Source of the DNA: Octopus vulgaris
Lineage: Eukaryota
Length of the DNA stretch: 64,000 nt
Direction: 5' to 3'
Assembly (NCBI GenBank): GCA_951406725.2
Contig: OX597814.1
Coordinates: 163,060,001 to 163,124,000 of the forward strand
Position numbers and translations under genes: made by a program. The notes under the pieces were generated by a model. That model was not told the DNA's origin. It saw only the letters and a program-made list of their open reading frames with translations, and searched no databases. Below are positions 22,001-35,300 of the stretch, piece by piece (the first letter of the stretch is position 1; every line of letters starts with the position of its first letter).

Positions 22001-25000
22001 GTATTACTAAATAAGGGAATTTAATAAAATGGCTCCTAAAACGAACTTAATTTGATAAAATAAAAAGTCAATACTAAAAACAAATAAGTCAGAATTTCTT
22101 TAATCTTGCAAAAAGGCAGCACTCATGTCTCTTTCCAGAACCCCTCAAAACAGAGAATTTTCTCAAACCATAGATCTGGTTTGAGTGCTTGCAACAATAT
22201 GGGACTGTTTAAAAACCCCAAGAGTCAGGGAGTGGTATTGAGCCAAGCAATGGTTTAAGTCTACCACCCAAGAAAAATAAGGCAGCTTGGTCTGTATATA
22301 ACTTATTTATCAACAGCCTCTCCTGAACCTGTTTATGTTTACCTACACCCAAACTGTGAGTAAATTTCTGAGAGATTGTTCTAACAGTTACATATTCCAG
22401 ATACTAACTTCCTCTTTTATTAGTTCAATATCCAATCAAGTTTGCATTATTACCAGTGTATGCAATTACATTTTCTTAGTGATTAAAGTATATGGAAACA
22501 ACCCAAGCTGATACTATTGTCATTCTGCAGTATGTTGTGATATTCATGTCTTTCTTATGACTATCATGAGTAGAGTAAGCAAGAATATGATTTACATCAC
22601 AGACATGACTCACAAGTACCCAAGATAGTTGAAACTAGAGTATTCCTACCTCCTTTTACTTCAATTTCTTTAACTTAAGGTGTTGTTGGAACAGCTTTAT
22701 TAGTACAATCCTATTTAATAGTACCTAAAGACCAACATATGTTCTCAAGTATAAGACACTGAGGTTACTAGAATAATGTACTTTACGAAAGAGAGAGCAG
22801 TACGAATGCATGCAAAGTGGCACAAAATCCCGACTAATTAGTATAGCAGTTGAGTATATTTTAGATACAATACAGAAAAATATATAGTAGCGAAGACAAA
22901 AAAACTCATTTAACCCAGAAAAACACTTCCACTTTCTCAGTGTGTGTTTGTGAGCAGGCTAGATATTAAGCAATATATTAAAAGTACACGTGACTTTAGT
23001 TTGCAAGCAGCTGGTGAGTAAATAAGCTGTCAGGGTGTTGACATGAAGATTATTGCTTTGTATATAATATCATTGGTGCTGCCACCCCTGCATTGTGCAC
23101 ACTTAAATGCACTTTTTCCCTTCTTAAATGAAACGGTAAATAAAAAGAAATTTCACTGACCCATTGGCCTCATGAAACAAATGTTTTGAAGCATAATAGC
23201 CAATCAGGGATTGTCTTTCAGTAGATATAATATAAAACTATATAATATAGTTTTATATAATAAAGTAGTTTTGGGCACTTTATCCTTTGTTTTCTACATG
23301 CACCCATCATTTCCAATTGTAACAGAAAAAACATTTTGGTCTTTTTGGCTACACATACCAAAACACTGTATCTCAAAAGAGTTAAGCAGTGTTCTACTTC
23401 ACTGCAAAATTAGGGTGTCAATAACAATGCAGAATTCAAGTTTTGCTACATACCTAAAAAAAATCAACAGGGTACCAGACATTCTAAGAATATACTTAAG
23501 CTTTATCTACAAAATCACTGACTTGAAGTGGAAGGAGAAGGAATACTACAAATAATATTTTCTATTTGGAGGAAATAAGTGAGAACTCATAGAGTAAGGA
23601 GTCATTAATAATGAAATAGCCAACCAGAAATCCATACATTTGCAGAAGTAATTAAAAAAATTTAAATCTTTATTTTAAAAATAAGGATTTCTTCCTGAGA
23701 AATTAGAAAAGAATGGCCAAACAATTTGTTTAAATCTCACTTTCTTACAATTTGCTGTATAAAGGTAATAGACTTGATAGCTCATTCAGATTCTTTATAA
23801 TGAAATTACCAATTGCTAATGCAAAAGATGTACAGAATTGAAACAAGTTATATATAGTTTTCATATCTCATCATAAATATACTAATAAAAAAAACTACAA
23901 CAAATGGAAACTGATCCATCTTGCCACTTGTATTTTACTCTATATTGTTTAATACTAGCAATGAAATATTTTTCAATAGATACAAGACTCAGTTTATTTA
24001 TCTCTTTAATTGTATTTAATTTTTTTTTTTTTTTGCTAGAATAGTAAAATAAAGTTGATTAATTCCAGGAGTGTGTTATTGGTAACACTGGAGACATAAA
24101 AGCAAGCTGGCTACAGCAGAATATATATAAAAAAAAAAACATAAAAAACAGCCACACAATCAGATATATCACAGCTTAAATATTTAAGATTATTTGAAGA
24201 ATATAAATGACTTCAGATAATTCTCACAAATGTTTTTTTTTAAAGATGAAATTAATCACAATTATTTATTTTTTTGCAATGTTCAAAACCAAAAAATAAA
24301 GAAAACATATTAAGCCGAAAATAATTTTTTTCCATTGGAAAATAAATGAAAATAACTTCCGGCAGTTTGAGAAAATAGGTTTTGAAACAAAAATGAAGAA
24401 CAACATATATTGGGGAAGAAAAAAAAAACTTGTTAAACATGAGCCCAAAATATATTCGCAGGTGGATGAGATTCAGAAGGTCAAAGGTACTGTACAATTT
24501 TTTTTTTTTCAACAAAATACAAAGATATAATATTAGGCAACCATTACTTGAAAAACAAAGAAATTGGTCAGCATTTATAACTAAATATTGCCATTTTTTT
24601 AAATATAAATTGGCATAAGGCCATTGTTTTGCAAAATTGAAATTAGCTAAATTGACCCAAGATGAATGAAAGGCAAAGTCATTTCCAGTGGGACCTTCAA
24701 GTGAAGAGGGTGAGGGTTTTGAACTAGTTCTAGTAAAACATTTAATTGCTAAAGCCATCTCTCCTATCCTGATTATGTGAAGTAACTAACAGAAGCAATA
24801 CAAACAAAATATTTCTCATTGTTGTCATCAAAAACTAACAGCAGCCAAGCATGTCTATTATTATGAAACTGAAAATAGACTTTCTATAATCATTAATTCA
24901 TTATTACCTAAACAGTAATACATCTATGAAGTAAAAGAATTGCGATTAGAACAGAAACTTAGTTATAGTAAGTGGAAGGGGTTTGAAATTCTCTTTTCCA

Positions 25001-26249
25001 ACAAAGAATAAAAAAAAAAAACAATGACTTATTTTCAAAATTCCCATATTTATTATTGACAAAGATTTAAACAAAAAAAAAAAAAAAGTAATCATAGCAC
25101 CAAAAATTTCCTGAGAAGTTGTTTGCCAAGACTTGCCAAATATACCAAGCATATTTAGATACTTACATCTTAATTCAAATTAAAACGAAAATTATAATTC
25201 CTTTTTAAAAGTAAGGTCACAAAATTTCAAGTCTCTTACTATACCAAAATAAACAGCAGAACATAATATCTAATGACTGGTTTGTTCAGGTGAATAAAAT
25301 CTGCATAGATACACTTAGAATTTCTTACATGTTATGAGAAACTGCAATGAAAACCGATTGTCTTAAATATATATTTAACTGAATTTTTTCTATATATCTA
25401 GTTTCTGCAATGATGTCCTTGATCAGATTAAGTTAATATATTATTTTCTCCCAAGAGAAAAAGTGTCTCAAATAGTAACATAAACAGGCTGACATTACTA
25501 AGTTAATTTAGAATTTTATTTAACCAATACTTCATTCTTTACAATGGACGGAGATTATTTAGTCTAAATTTAATCAACTATAGACATTTTGTCTGCACTA
25601 CTAAAGCACCAATATAATTTGCCAGCTCCCTGTTATAATAATTTTTACATTGGCACAAGGCTGCAACTGGTGGGAGGAGGAGGTCAGCTAAATAACTTAA
25701 TCCCAACAGATGACTGATATTTTATTGCTACTAGTTAGACGAAAGCAAGTCAACACTGATACAATTTTGAATCAGAAAGTAGAGGAGATGAAACTAAATA
25801 TTCTAAGCTATTCAGTCAGGTGCTCTATAGTTTCTGCTATTCCATCACACACATTAGTTTTAACATAGGCAAAAGGCTTCAAATTGGAAGGGAAGAGAAT
25901 TAGTCAAGTTTACTAACCCAAGGAAGTTATGAGTACCTTATTTTATTGACCAGAGAAGATTGAAGGCAAAGTTAACCCTGGCAGGATTTGAACTCAGAAG
26001 GTAATGAACTGTATCTAAATACAAGACATTCCGCCAAACATTTTAATGATTCTGCCAATCCATTGCCCTATAATAATAGCAAAGCAACTTAATGGGCAAG
26101 TAGAAAATATATTGTAGCAAGCTGTATAATTTTAGCCGAGAAAAAATACAAGTGACAAATTGAGTTCTTTTTGTAAAGAAATTTTGTAAAGAAATTTGGA
26201 TATAACACTTCAGACTAGTAGTATAATCATGTACCAGAAACAGCTCTAA

Positions 26250-26660
26250 ATGACAATGGTGAATCAAAGATTCTATGGGACTATGACGTCCAGACATAGA
26301 ATAACTGAACACCGTAGACTAGATATTGTAGATGACTTCGGGTGGGAGTAGAATATTTCATAAAAGAGGCAATTCCTTCAGACAAAAATATCGTAGACAA
26401 AGAAGTAGAAAAGATATCAAAATATGTGAAATTATAAATAGAAATATGCAAGAATGCCCAGCAGCAAAAGTTAAAGTTGCAGCAGTTATAAGTGAAGCAT
26501 TAGGGTTAATACTGAACAAAAAAAAAAAAAAATATTGCCACCTGGAACAGTTGGACATCAGGACAAACGTGTGAATGCTCCCAGAATTTACTCTTTGGAA
26601 CAGCTCATATTCTCACAAAACTATTTTCTGTCTGAGACCTTTTGTTGAAGCTTGGCAGTT
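26250..26660 (+). mobile_element. Old restriction-like-endonuclease LINE (R4/Dong/NeSL type) C-terminal fragment
   Basis: DNGESKILWDYDVQT..EHRRLDIV..DKEVEKISKY..LFGTAHILTK, with frameshifts. Confidence 0.7.
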
Positions 26661-29261
26661 TGTTTGAAGAAAAAAAAAAAAAAAAAACAGGATTAGATCC
26701 ATACTGTGCACTGGAGAAATAATTGTTTCTAACACAGTCAGAAAGCCAGAAATTGGGGATGGGGAACAGGCAGTTAAATTGACTGGTATTTTATTTTATT
26801 GATCCTGAAGAGATGAAAAGCAAAACTGATTTGGAAGGATTTGAACTTAAAACAATGACTAAAAGATAGGGTTTGAAAATCTCATATATAAACACCTAGA
26901 ATATCTTGCATTTATTGTTGGTTGCATCAGAGTAAGACAGGTTGCAGTATACTGATAGAACAAATCTACCAATAAAAAATATATTCTCACAACAAATGTT
27001 ACCCAACTTAAAAGAATAACATTTCTAAATTAAGAAAAACAAAGCATAAGAATTGTTTTGAATCTCATAAAATAACAGTAAGTTTTTGCCAAGAATAAAT
27101 ATTTCACTTACTTCGCTTTCTTAGAATTCTTCCTATAACAAACTAAATTATATAAAAAAAATTATGTCAGCAAAGTGAACTAGAAGAACAAAAATAGCAT
27201 CTATTCTGAATCCTTTGGCACACAAATGCCATATAGTCATCACCCAAATAATTCTGAGACCTTTATCAGAAAGTGAATCTTCAATCAAATAAGGGTTCAA
27301 CTACATATTTCTATTGCAGCAAACTAATATGTCAATATCTTCACCCCAATGACATGTATTTATTCTGAATATAGATTTAAAAGTTCTAGAAAAATATATG
27401 GGTATAAATATATTTCATTATCTCATTTAAATGGTGAAAAAATTTTTTTTTAAATGTTTACATGTTCTGATATAATACAGCATTATACTAAATTGTCAGG
27501 AAATGAAAAAAAAAAAAAAAAAGATTTAAGATCTTACAATTCTTTTTATGTAAATTTGAATAATAACCACAGTTAAATAATTTACTTGCAGCAAACAATA
27601 CAAAGATACAAATCTTAGAAAATATTCAATATACACAATTTTTAACTGCCGCTTTATGAAGTTACAAACATTTTGAAAGGTTAAAAAAAAAAAAAATCAA
27701 GTTACAACACTGAAAACATTCATTGGAGAGGCAGAAGAAGAGAAAATCAATAGCATTTTATTAACATCATTTAATGCAACCTCTGTGAAGTACCATATAT
27801 TTTTATGTTCAATATGGATGGATTGGTATATATAATGGTTGAGACAATTTGTTTTTTCCCCTTTACTAGGTCAGTCACTTTTCATTTGATTGAAAGTGAC
27901 TCACAAAGCAATTACGTTCACTAAACTGTAGCAGTGCAAATGTATCAACAGACTCATGGTTCTGAATACTCAACAAGGGAACACTTGTGGAGATACCAGC
28001 ACAGAGTAAAGTAAAACTAGCCAAAGCAAATAGAGATCTTGCTTTTATGTTAACAGATAACCCTATTAAATTTAGTAGTTTTGAAATTAAATAAAAACTG
28101 AAACCTTGCTAATATCAGACAAGATACGTCCCAATATTGAGCAGTTGTTGTTACTCAAGTGCAAGAGTACATTAGAAATATGTTCCAATAGGAAAAATTG
28201 TGAAAGTACAATTTTCTAAATGTGAACAAAATTAAACACCATTAAAAGTAGCCACAGATGCTGATGCTGCTGTTGTCAACTAATTTACCATTAGTGTTGC
28301 TGGGGGGAGTAAGCAGATTCTTATCAAATTACTCAAGTTTTGTTCAGACAAATGCTGCTTATTAAGTGTGATTAAGATATCCACAAGCAGTCAGAAGGCA
28401 TAGCAACAAACTTCAGATGGTATACAGGGACCTGTATCTAAGCTTGATGAAGCCAGCAAACAAGATTCAATCAGAAAAAGCAAAATTCTCTGGGAGTATT
28501 TTCCTTCCCTTCCATCAAAGTAGGTTTGCAGTAGTTTTCAAAATGTCATGTAAAAGTCCATTATAAAGACACAAAGTTAAACTTTAATCCAGTTTTAATT
28601 CCCATACTGAGAAACAAAACACAACCAAAACCTTATGTATAGAGAAACGATTTACCATTACACACTCACCAATGTTGGGATATAAAAAGTTTATTTCTTT
28701 GACCGAGACACTGTGCCATAAATCTTTATAAGCACAACAGTTAACTGCTCATCCAGTATTTACTCAGCCAAAAGAAATTATCCTCTTGTGTAGACAGGTG
28801 AGAGACTGAGGTAGTGGTTTCTAAGAAAAATGTATTTTTAGTTCAGTCATGAAATTTAATTGTATTCTGAAAGAATTACAAATTCACCTGAACATACATG
28901 CCAGAGTCTACTAACAGAAATAAATAAAATGTTCAAACAAAAACAAAACAAAATTCAGGTTTTCCTCTTGGTTTAAAGTAAACATATTTGTAGTAAGTAT
29001 TCAAGAGAAAGAAATCTTCCATTATGTGAGAATACTACTTCTCTGAGAAATGAACTAACTCTATAATAAATAATAATACTGCCAAAATAAACATAAAAAT
29101 TAAAATTCTGAAACTTCAAATTTAATGAAAATAAAAAAAAATAGACAAAACAAAAACTTGCTGGAAAGCTGCAAAGGGAACATTCATCACATTCTGTGAT
29201 AAGATAGTGAAGGCAGTTGTATTGCCCGGTGTTTACAAAAAAGGGATGGATGACTACAGAG

Positions 29262-29392
29262 TCAGGTCATCAAACCACAAGTATTTAGTTTTGCTCCAAG
29301 TTCAGCAGAGATAGTCAACTTTGCCTTCTCTAAAGCATCAGGGTATGAGGCATGAACATTTTTCACAAATTGGACCAGCAATGATTCAGTTT
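29262..29392 (-). CDS. IPO4: IPO4 last coding exon
   Basis: [42 protein letters not shown]; phase fits previous exon. Confidence 0.87.
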
Positions 29393-32300
29393 CTAGAAAG
29401 ATTTTAAAAAAAAAATTTTTTTTAAGTAAGATTAAATACAAAATACTCTAACATGAAGAAATATGAGAACAAACAAAGCAAGTTAAATGTTTACCTTTAT
29501 TAATTTGTGTGGTTCCCAGCACTTCTGCTATAACTTTCAACAATTCTGGCAACATTACAATTAGCTGCAAAATAAAATGACTTTTTAACATATTTCTATA
29601 AATGGACAGACATGAATATAAACAGAGCTAAACCTCCAGAGAAAGAAAAATAATCAACAGAAGTATATCTTATAATATTCTCCATAATTATATTATTTAA
29701 CTTCAGTATATTATAAGGCTGCAAGCTAGTAGAATTGTTAGCAGAATTTCATCCATCTTTATGTTCAGAGTTCAAATTCTATCAAGGTTGTTTTTGCCTT
29801 TCATCCTTTCAGAGTCAATAAAATTAGTACCAGTTGAACTTTGGGGTCAATGTAATCGACTAGAGCCCCCACCAAATTTGCAGGCTTTGCACCAAAATTT
29901 GAAAATATTTTACACTGTAATAAATGGCAGAATTGCTACCATACCAGACAAAATTCTCAGCAAAACATTTCTTTCAACTTTACATTCTGAGTTCAAATGC
30001 TTCACATTTCAGGTTTGATAAAATAAGTACCTGTTAAGTATTGGCAGGGGTCGATGTTATCAACTTACTCCTGAACTTGAACCCATGTGGTTGCAAAACA
30101 AGCTTCTTAGCCACACAGCCATGCCTACATATTCTTTTACTTTTTTTTTTTTTTTTTTTACTTGGTCCAGTCATTTGATTCCAGCCATGCTGGAGCACCA
30201 CCTTGAAAATTCTTAGTCAAACAAATCGACACCAGTACTTATCTTTTTTATGCCTAGTACTTTATTGATCTCTTTTGCCAAACTGCTAAGTTATGGGGGA
30301 GTAAACACACCAACACCGGTTATCAAGCAGTGATGGGAAGACAAACACAAAGATACACACACACACAAGATTCTTTTAGTTTCCTTGGCCTGAGGCTATT
30401 GAAAACACTTGCCCAAGGTGTCATGCAGTTTGCTCAACATAAAGCTTTACATTCAAATGTTCAAAAATATTCATCAGTCATGAGTTATCTTCAAAACTAC
30501 ATCAGTTCAGGCATCAAGCTGTAGAAATCATACCTAAAATAGAACCTGCAAATAAGACAGTCTTCCAATCCATGTAAGGGGGCAATCTCAAATAACTGAC
30601 TCAGAATGTGGCAACCTGTCCAACTCATTCAAGCATGGACAGCTAACACTGTTACAACTACCTAAATATTATTTCCTTCCAATGAGTTTAAGCAAAGAAC
30701 ATTTATTCATAACAGAGCAACAGCATAAAACTTTAAAATAATAAAGCCAAAAGGTAATACAAAAAAAAAAGGAAAATGAAAAAAGGCATTGTAGAAGCAA
30801 TGCATATCCTGCACGCAGATAAATTTTTTTTCTGAAAATTATAGTGTGGCTTACAGTGCATTGCTTACCCATGCTTTTTAATAGGGCTGAACATTTTTTT
30901 TTTAAAGTATTACCATTATAGATATTTATACTCTGATGAAATTAAAAAATCATAAATGAAAGCCTTGAATCCATCACTGTAAACACACACAGTCACCTAT
31001 CTGTATTTATGTATGTACCCACACATCTGCGTGCATGGGTACACCATGATCTATACACAGGCTGACAAGGGTCGATTCATATGAAAAAGAAAGTGAACAA
31101 AACAAAATACTTATAGAAAATATTGAATAGAATTTGAGAAGTGTTTCACCATTACGGGTATTTTACACTCCAGTGGAATTAAGAAATCAAGTCGTAAATA
31201 AACGCAACCCTCAAATCCATCACTGTACACACACACAGTGGCATATCTATGTATGTATTTATGTATGTTTGAAGATAATCAAACCAAACTTTCATCATTT
31301 CGAGTCAATCACCCAATGAGTATTTGTGCCAAATTTGGTGAAAATCTGTTCAGCTGTTTTCCAATAATTTTGCAAACACAGAGATGAGAGATTATAATAC
31401 CCTGCTTTTGCTTATGTGTGCAGAGTAAAAATTTCAAATGCAAAAAGATGAAGTTAATAGGCTAAAAAATTAATTATCATATTCTTCATCATCATCATTG
31501 TTGTTCGACCGTGGTCGAGACAATGGAATTTACCATGCTACGCCAGACTTCATGGTCCATCATGGCATTACGGAGTTCCTGTTGCTGGATGCCTGTATCC
31601 CTGGAGATTACATCAGGGTAGGAGAGTGTGTGTCCTCTGGTATCGCGAGTAGATGGCTTCCAGAGGAGAAGAGTAGAAATTGCCTCGTTTTCAGCTCTAC
31701 AACAATGTCCAGCAAACTGGACTCTCCTACCTTTCACAAGAGATGACACAGGTGGTAGTTTCCCATATATTTACATTTTGGTTGGATGACGCTTCCACGA
31801 GAGATTTTGATCTCTCATAAGGAGGCGAGTGTAGGTTCCATCCAACCGCCTCTCAAGCTTCTTTGATAACGTCCAGGTTTCTGAGCCATATTGTAGAATT
31901 GGTTCGACTGTGGCTTTGAAGATTTTAAGTTTGAAGTCTCTACTTAGATTTGATGACCAGATCTTATGCATACCATAACATAAGATCATATTCTTGGGTT
32001 TACCTCTTCCACAGAGATCAGCACTTCTTTATATAGTATATGTCCAACCCATGCTAGCATGGAAAACGGACGCTAAACGATGATGATGATGATGATGGAC
32101 AAGGACAGTTGGGTAAAGAAGTACCAATCTTTAATTGTGGGGGGAACCTGTAGAAGAGGTAGACCCAAGAAGACATGGGACAAGGTGGTGAAGTATGATC
32201 TTCGAACGTTAGGCCTCACAGAGGTAATGACTAGTGATCAAGACTTTTGGCAATATGCTGTGCTTGAGAAGCCCTGCCAAGCCAAGTGAAATTGCAGATG

Positions 32301-35300
32301 TGTTCAATGCTGGTGTCACATAACTGGCACATGTGCCGGTGGCATGTTAAAAGCACCTTTTCAAGTGTTGGGCCTCATGGAGGCAATGACAAATGACCAA
32401 GATTTTGGCAATATGCTGTGCTTGAGCAGAAGACCCATCAAGCCAAGTGAAATTGTAGTCATGGCAGATACTGGTGTCATGAAACTGGCACGTAACAGTA
32501 CCCATTACACTCTTGAAGTGGTTGGCATTAGGAAGGGAATCCAGCCATAGAAACGATGCCAAATCAGACTGGAGTTTGGTGCAATCCCTCAGCATACGAG
32601 TCTTGATCAAACCGTCCAATCCATACCAGTATGTAAAACTGGATATTAAATGATAATGATATTATATCTCATTGACATAATATACTAAACGTACCTGTGG
32701 GTGTCCTTGGGCAAACAATGATAGTAAACTTTGGAAAACAGTGGTATTCTCTTCAAAATCTTCTTTTAAAGGTAAACATTGAATAATCACAGGTAACACC
32801 TGAAAATTAAATGCAGAGGCAAATAGGAAGTTAATATATTAATTTTTTTCTTTTTCCTCTTTAAATTCAATTCTACATGATCGAGAAGCCAAAAACCTTT
32901 CCCTACTTAATGAAAGGGGCTAAGATATGTGAAACATTGCTGTACTCAAGAAGACCAGCCCATCACAACAGAGTTCATCATCATCTAATGTCCATTTTCG
33001 ATGCTGGCATAGGTTGGATGGTTTGACATGAGCTGGTCAGCCAGGGAACTATCCCAACTCCAATTGTCTGTTTTGGCATGGCTTCCATGGCTGGATGCCT
33101 ATTTTAACATCAACCACATTACAGTGTGTGCTGGGCGCCTTTTACGAACCACTGGTACAAGTGCATTTAAGCAGCACCAGCACAAGTTCATTTTACGTGG
33201 CACTGGCACCTGTGAAAGACAAGCCTGTATGGATGACCACAATTTTACTTAGCTTGACATGTCTTAAATACAGCAAGTCACCACAACTCCCAGTCCCTTG
33301 TCATTTCCTAAGTGAGGCCCACTGTTTGAAGATCCTTTCTCATCACTTCATCCCAGGTCTTCCTGAGTCTACCCCTTCCACTGGTTTCCTCCACAATTTG
33401 AGATCGGCACTTCTTTACAGAGCTGTCATCTATATTCATCACATGACCAAACCAGTGCAGTTTTCTCTCTTGCACGCTACATCTATTGTTTCTTATACCC
33501 AGATTTTCTCTTAAAACATTTACAGTCATGTATGCACACTGACATTAGCCATCCTGTGGACCATACAAGCTCGATTTCTTCCAAGCCTTTGTAAGTCCTT
33601 TCAAAGTCATAGCCCATGTTTCAGCATACCTGTATGTACATAGGCATCATACAATCTGTCTTTCACTCTGAGAGGCCCTCACTTACCAACAGGTAGAAAC
33701 TCTGAACTTTGCCCAGCCTGCTCTTATTCCAACAACTACGCTTTCAGAACTTCCTTCTCCACTGCTAACTTGGTTGTCTAGGTAACAGAAGTTATTTAGT
33801 ACTTCTAATGACCCGACACCCTACCTGCCCACCACCACACTGCCCCTGAGTATTTTTAGGAAGTCTACTACCTGCACATTTTTAGTATGCTTATTGTACC
33901 CATGGTGTAACATAAAAGCATTGGTGTTGATGCAACACAAGAAGCACCAGTGTTGGTGTCACAAAACACAAAAAAAAAAGCACTGGTGGCACACAAAATA
34001 AATAAGTGCTGGTATTGGTGCCACAAACAAATCTTAGATATTCAGACTGCTTGGAAATCACTTCCACCAACATACTTTTACAAGTTACTAGAAAGAATGC
34101 CAGGAATCTGCTCTGCAATAATAGAAGCACAAGGTGGCTTCTTCGATGTTAAAATATTTTTGTATTAAATAATTGTATACAAAGATAAAAAAAATTAATA
34201 TTATTTCTTCAAAGACAAAAAAACTTGTTATTTTCCTTGCTTTAGAGGAAAATTTTAGGATAGTCCCAAACTTTTGGCCAGTAGTGCATATACCACACAA
34301 GCTTCCACGAATTTATCAGATTAATTCACAAGAAATTGGTCAGCCCAGGACTATAGTAAACACATGCCCAAGGTGCTACACAGTGGGATTGAACCTGAAA
34401 CCATGTGACTGCAAAGTGAGATTAACCACAGAGCCATGCCTGCACCTAACAATAAAATCACATGCACGTGATTTTACAGGTTCTGTGACTCTCAAATATT
34501 TGACTAAGTGAATTTTCAGAAAGTTAATAGTGTGTAAAATAAATATGTCTCACCTGTTCAAGTGGTAATCCATCAGGTTTCTGATTAATGATTCGACAGA
34601 CAGTACCACAAATGTTATCCTTTACCAAATCACAGCTTTCATTTTGAAGAAGAGTAAACAATTCCGTTAATATATTCAGCAGATCACTGATTTGCTCATT
34701 AAGGAAAGGGGAAAAAAATACACATACAACAGGAAATAACTTGGCTAAACCTCTGTTTAAAGAAACAGAACTTAAACCAATGAAAGACCCTCCATCTGGC
34801 CACTTGAATAGCTAGAAATAACAGCCAAATCTCCCTGCAACCTCACACTACTAAAAGACAGGACAGACATGGTTAGAATGCTTTTAATTGTAGATCTAAT
34901 AGCAGAGCTTTAAAATTCTAAGTATTAGGATATAAGAACATTGTTGCATTAACATTTGGGGACATCTAAAACAAGTGACTAACGTAATCAAGTTAGAACC
35001 ATCATCATCATCATCATTTAACGTCCGCTTTCCATGCTAGCATGAGTTGGACGAATGACTGAGGGCTGGCGAACCAGATCGCTGCACCAGGCTTCAATCT
35101 TGATCTGGCAGAGTTTCTACAGCTGGATGCCGTTCCTAACGCCAACCACTCCGAGAGTGTAGTGGGTGCTTTTACAATACACTGGCACGGGGCCAGTCAG
35201 GCGGTACTGGCAACGACCTCGCTCGAATCTTTTACACATGCCACCGGCACAGGTGCCAGTAAGGCGATGCTGGTAACGATCACGCTCGAATTTAAATAAA

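Noticed and set aside
34694-34697. GAG as acceptor for the IPO4 exon ending at 34554
   Set aside because: Breaks frame and is too close to the branch box; CAG at 34689-34687 fits.
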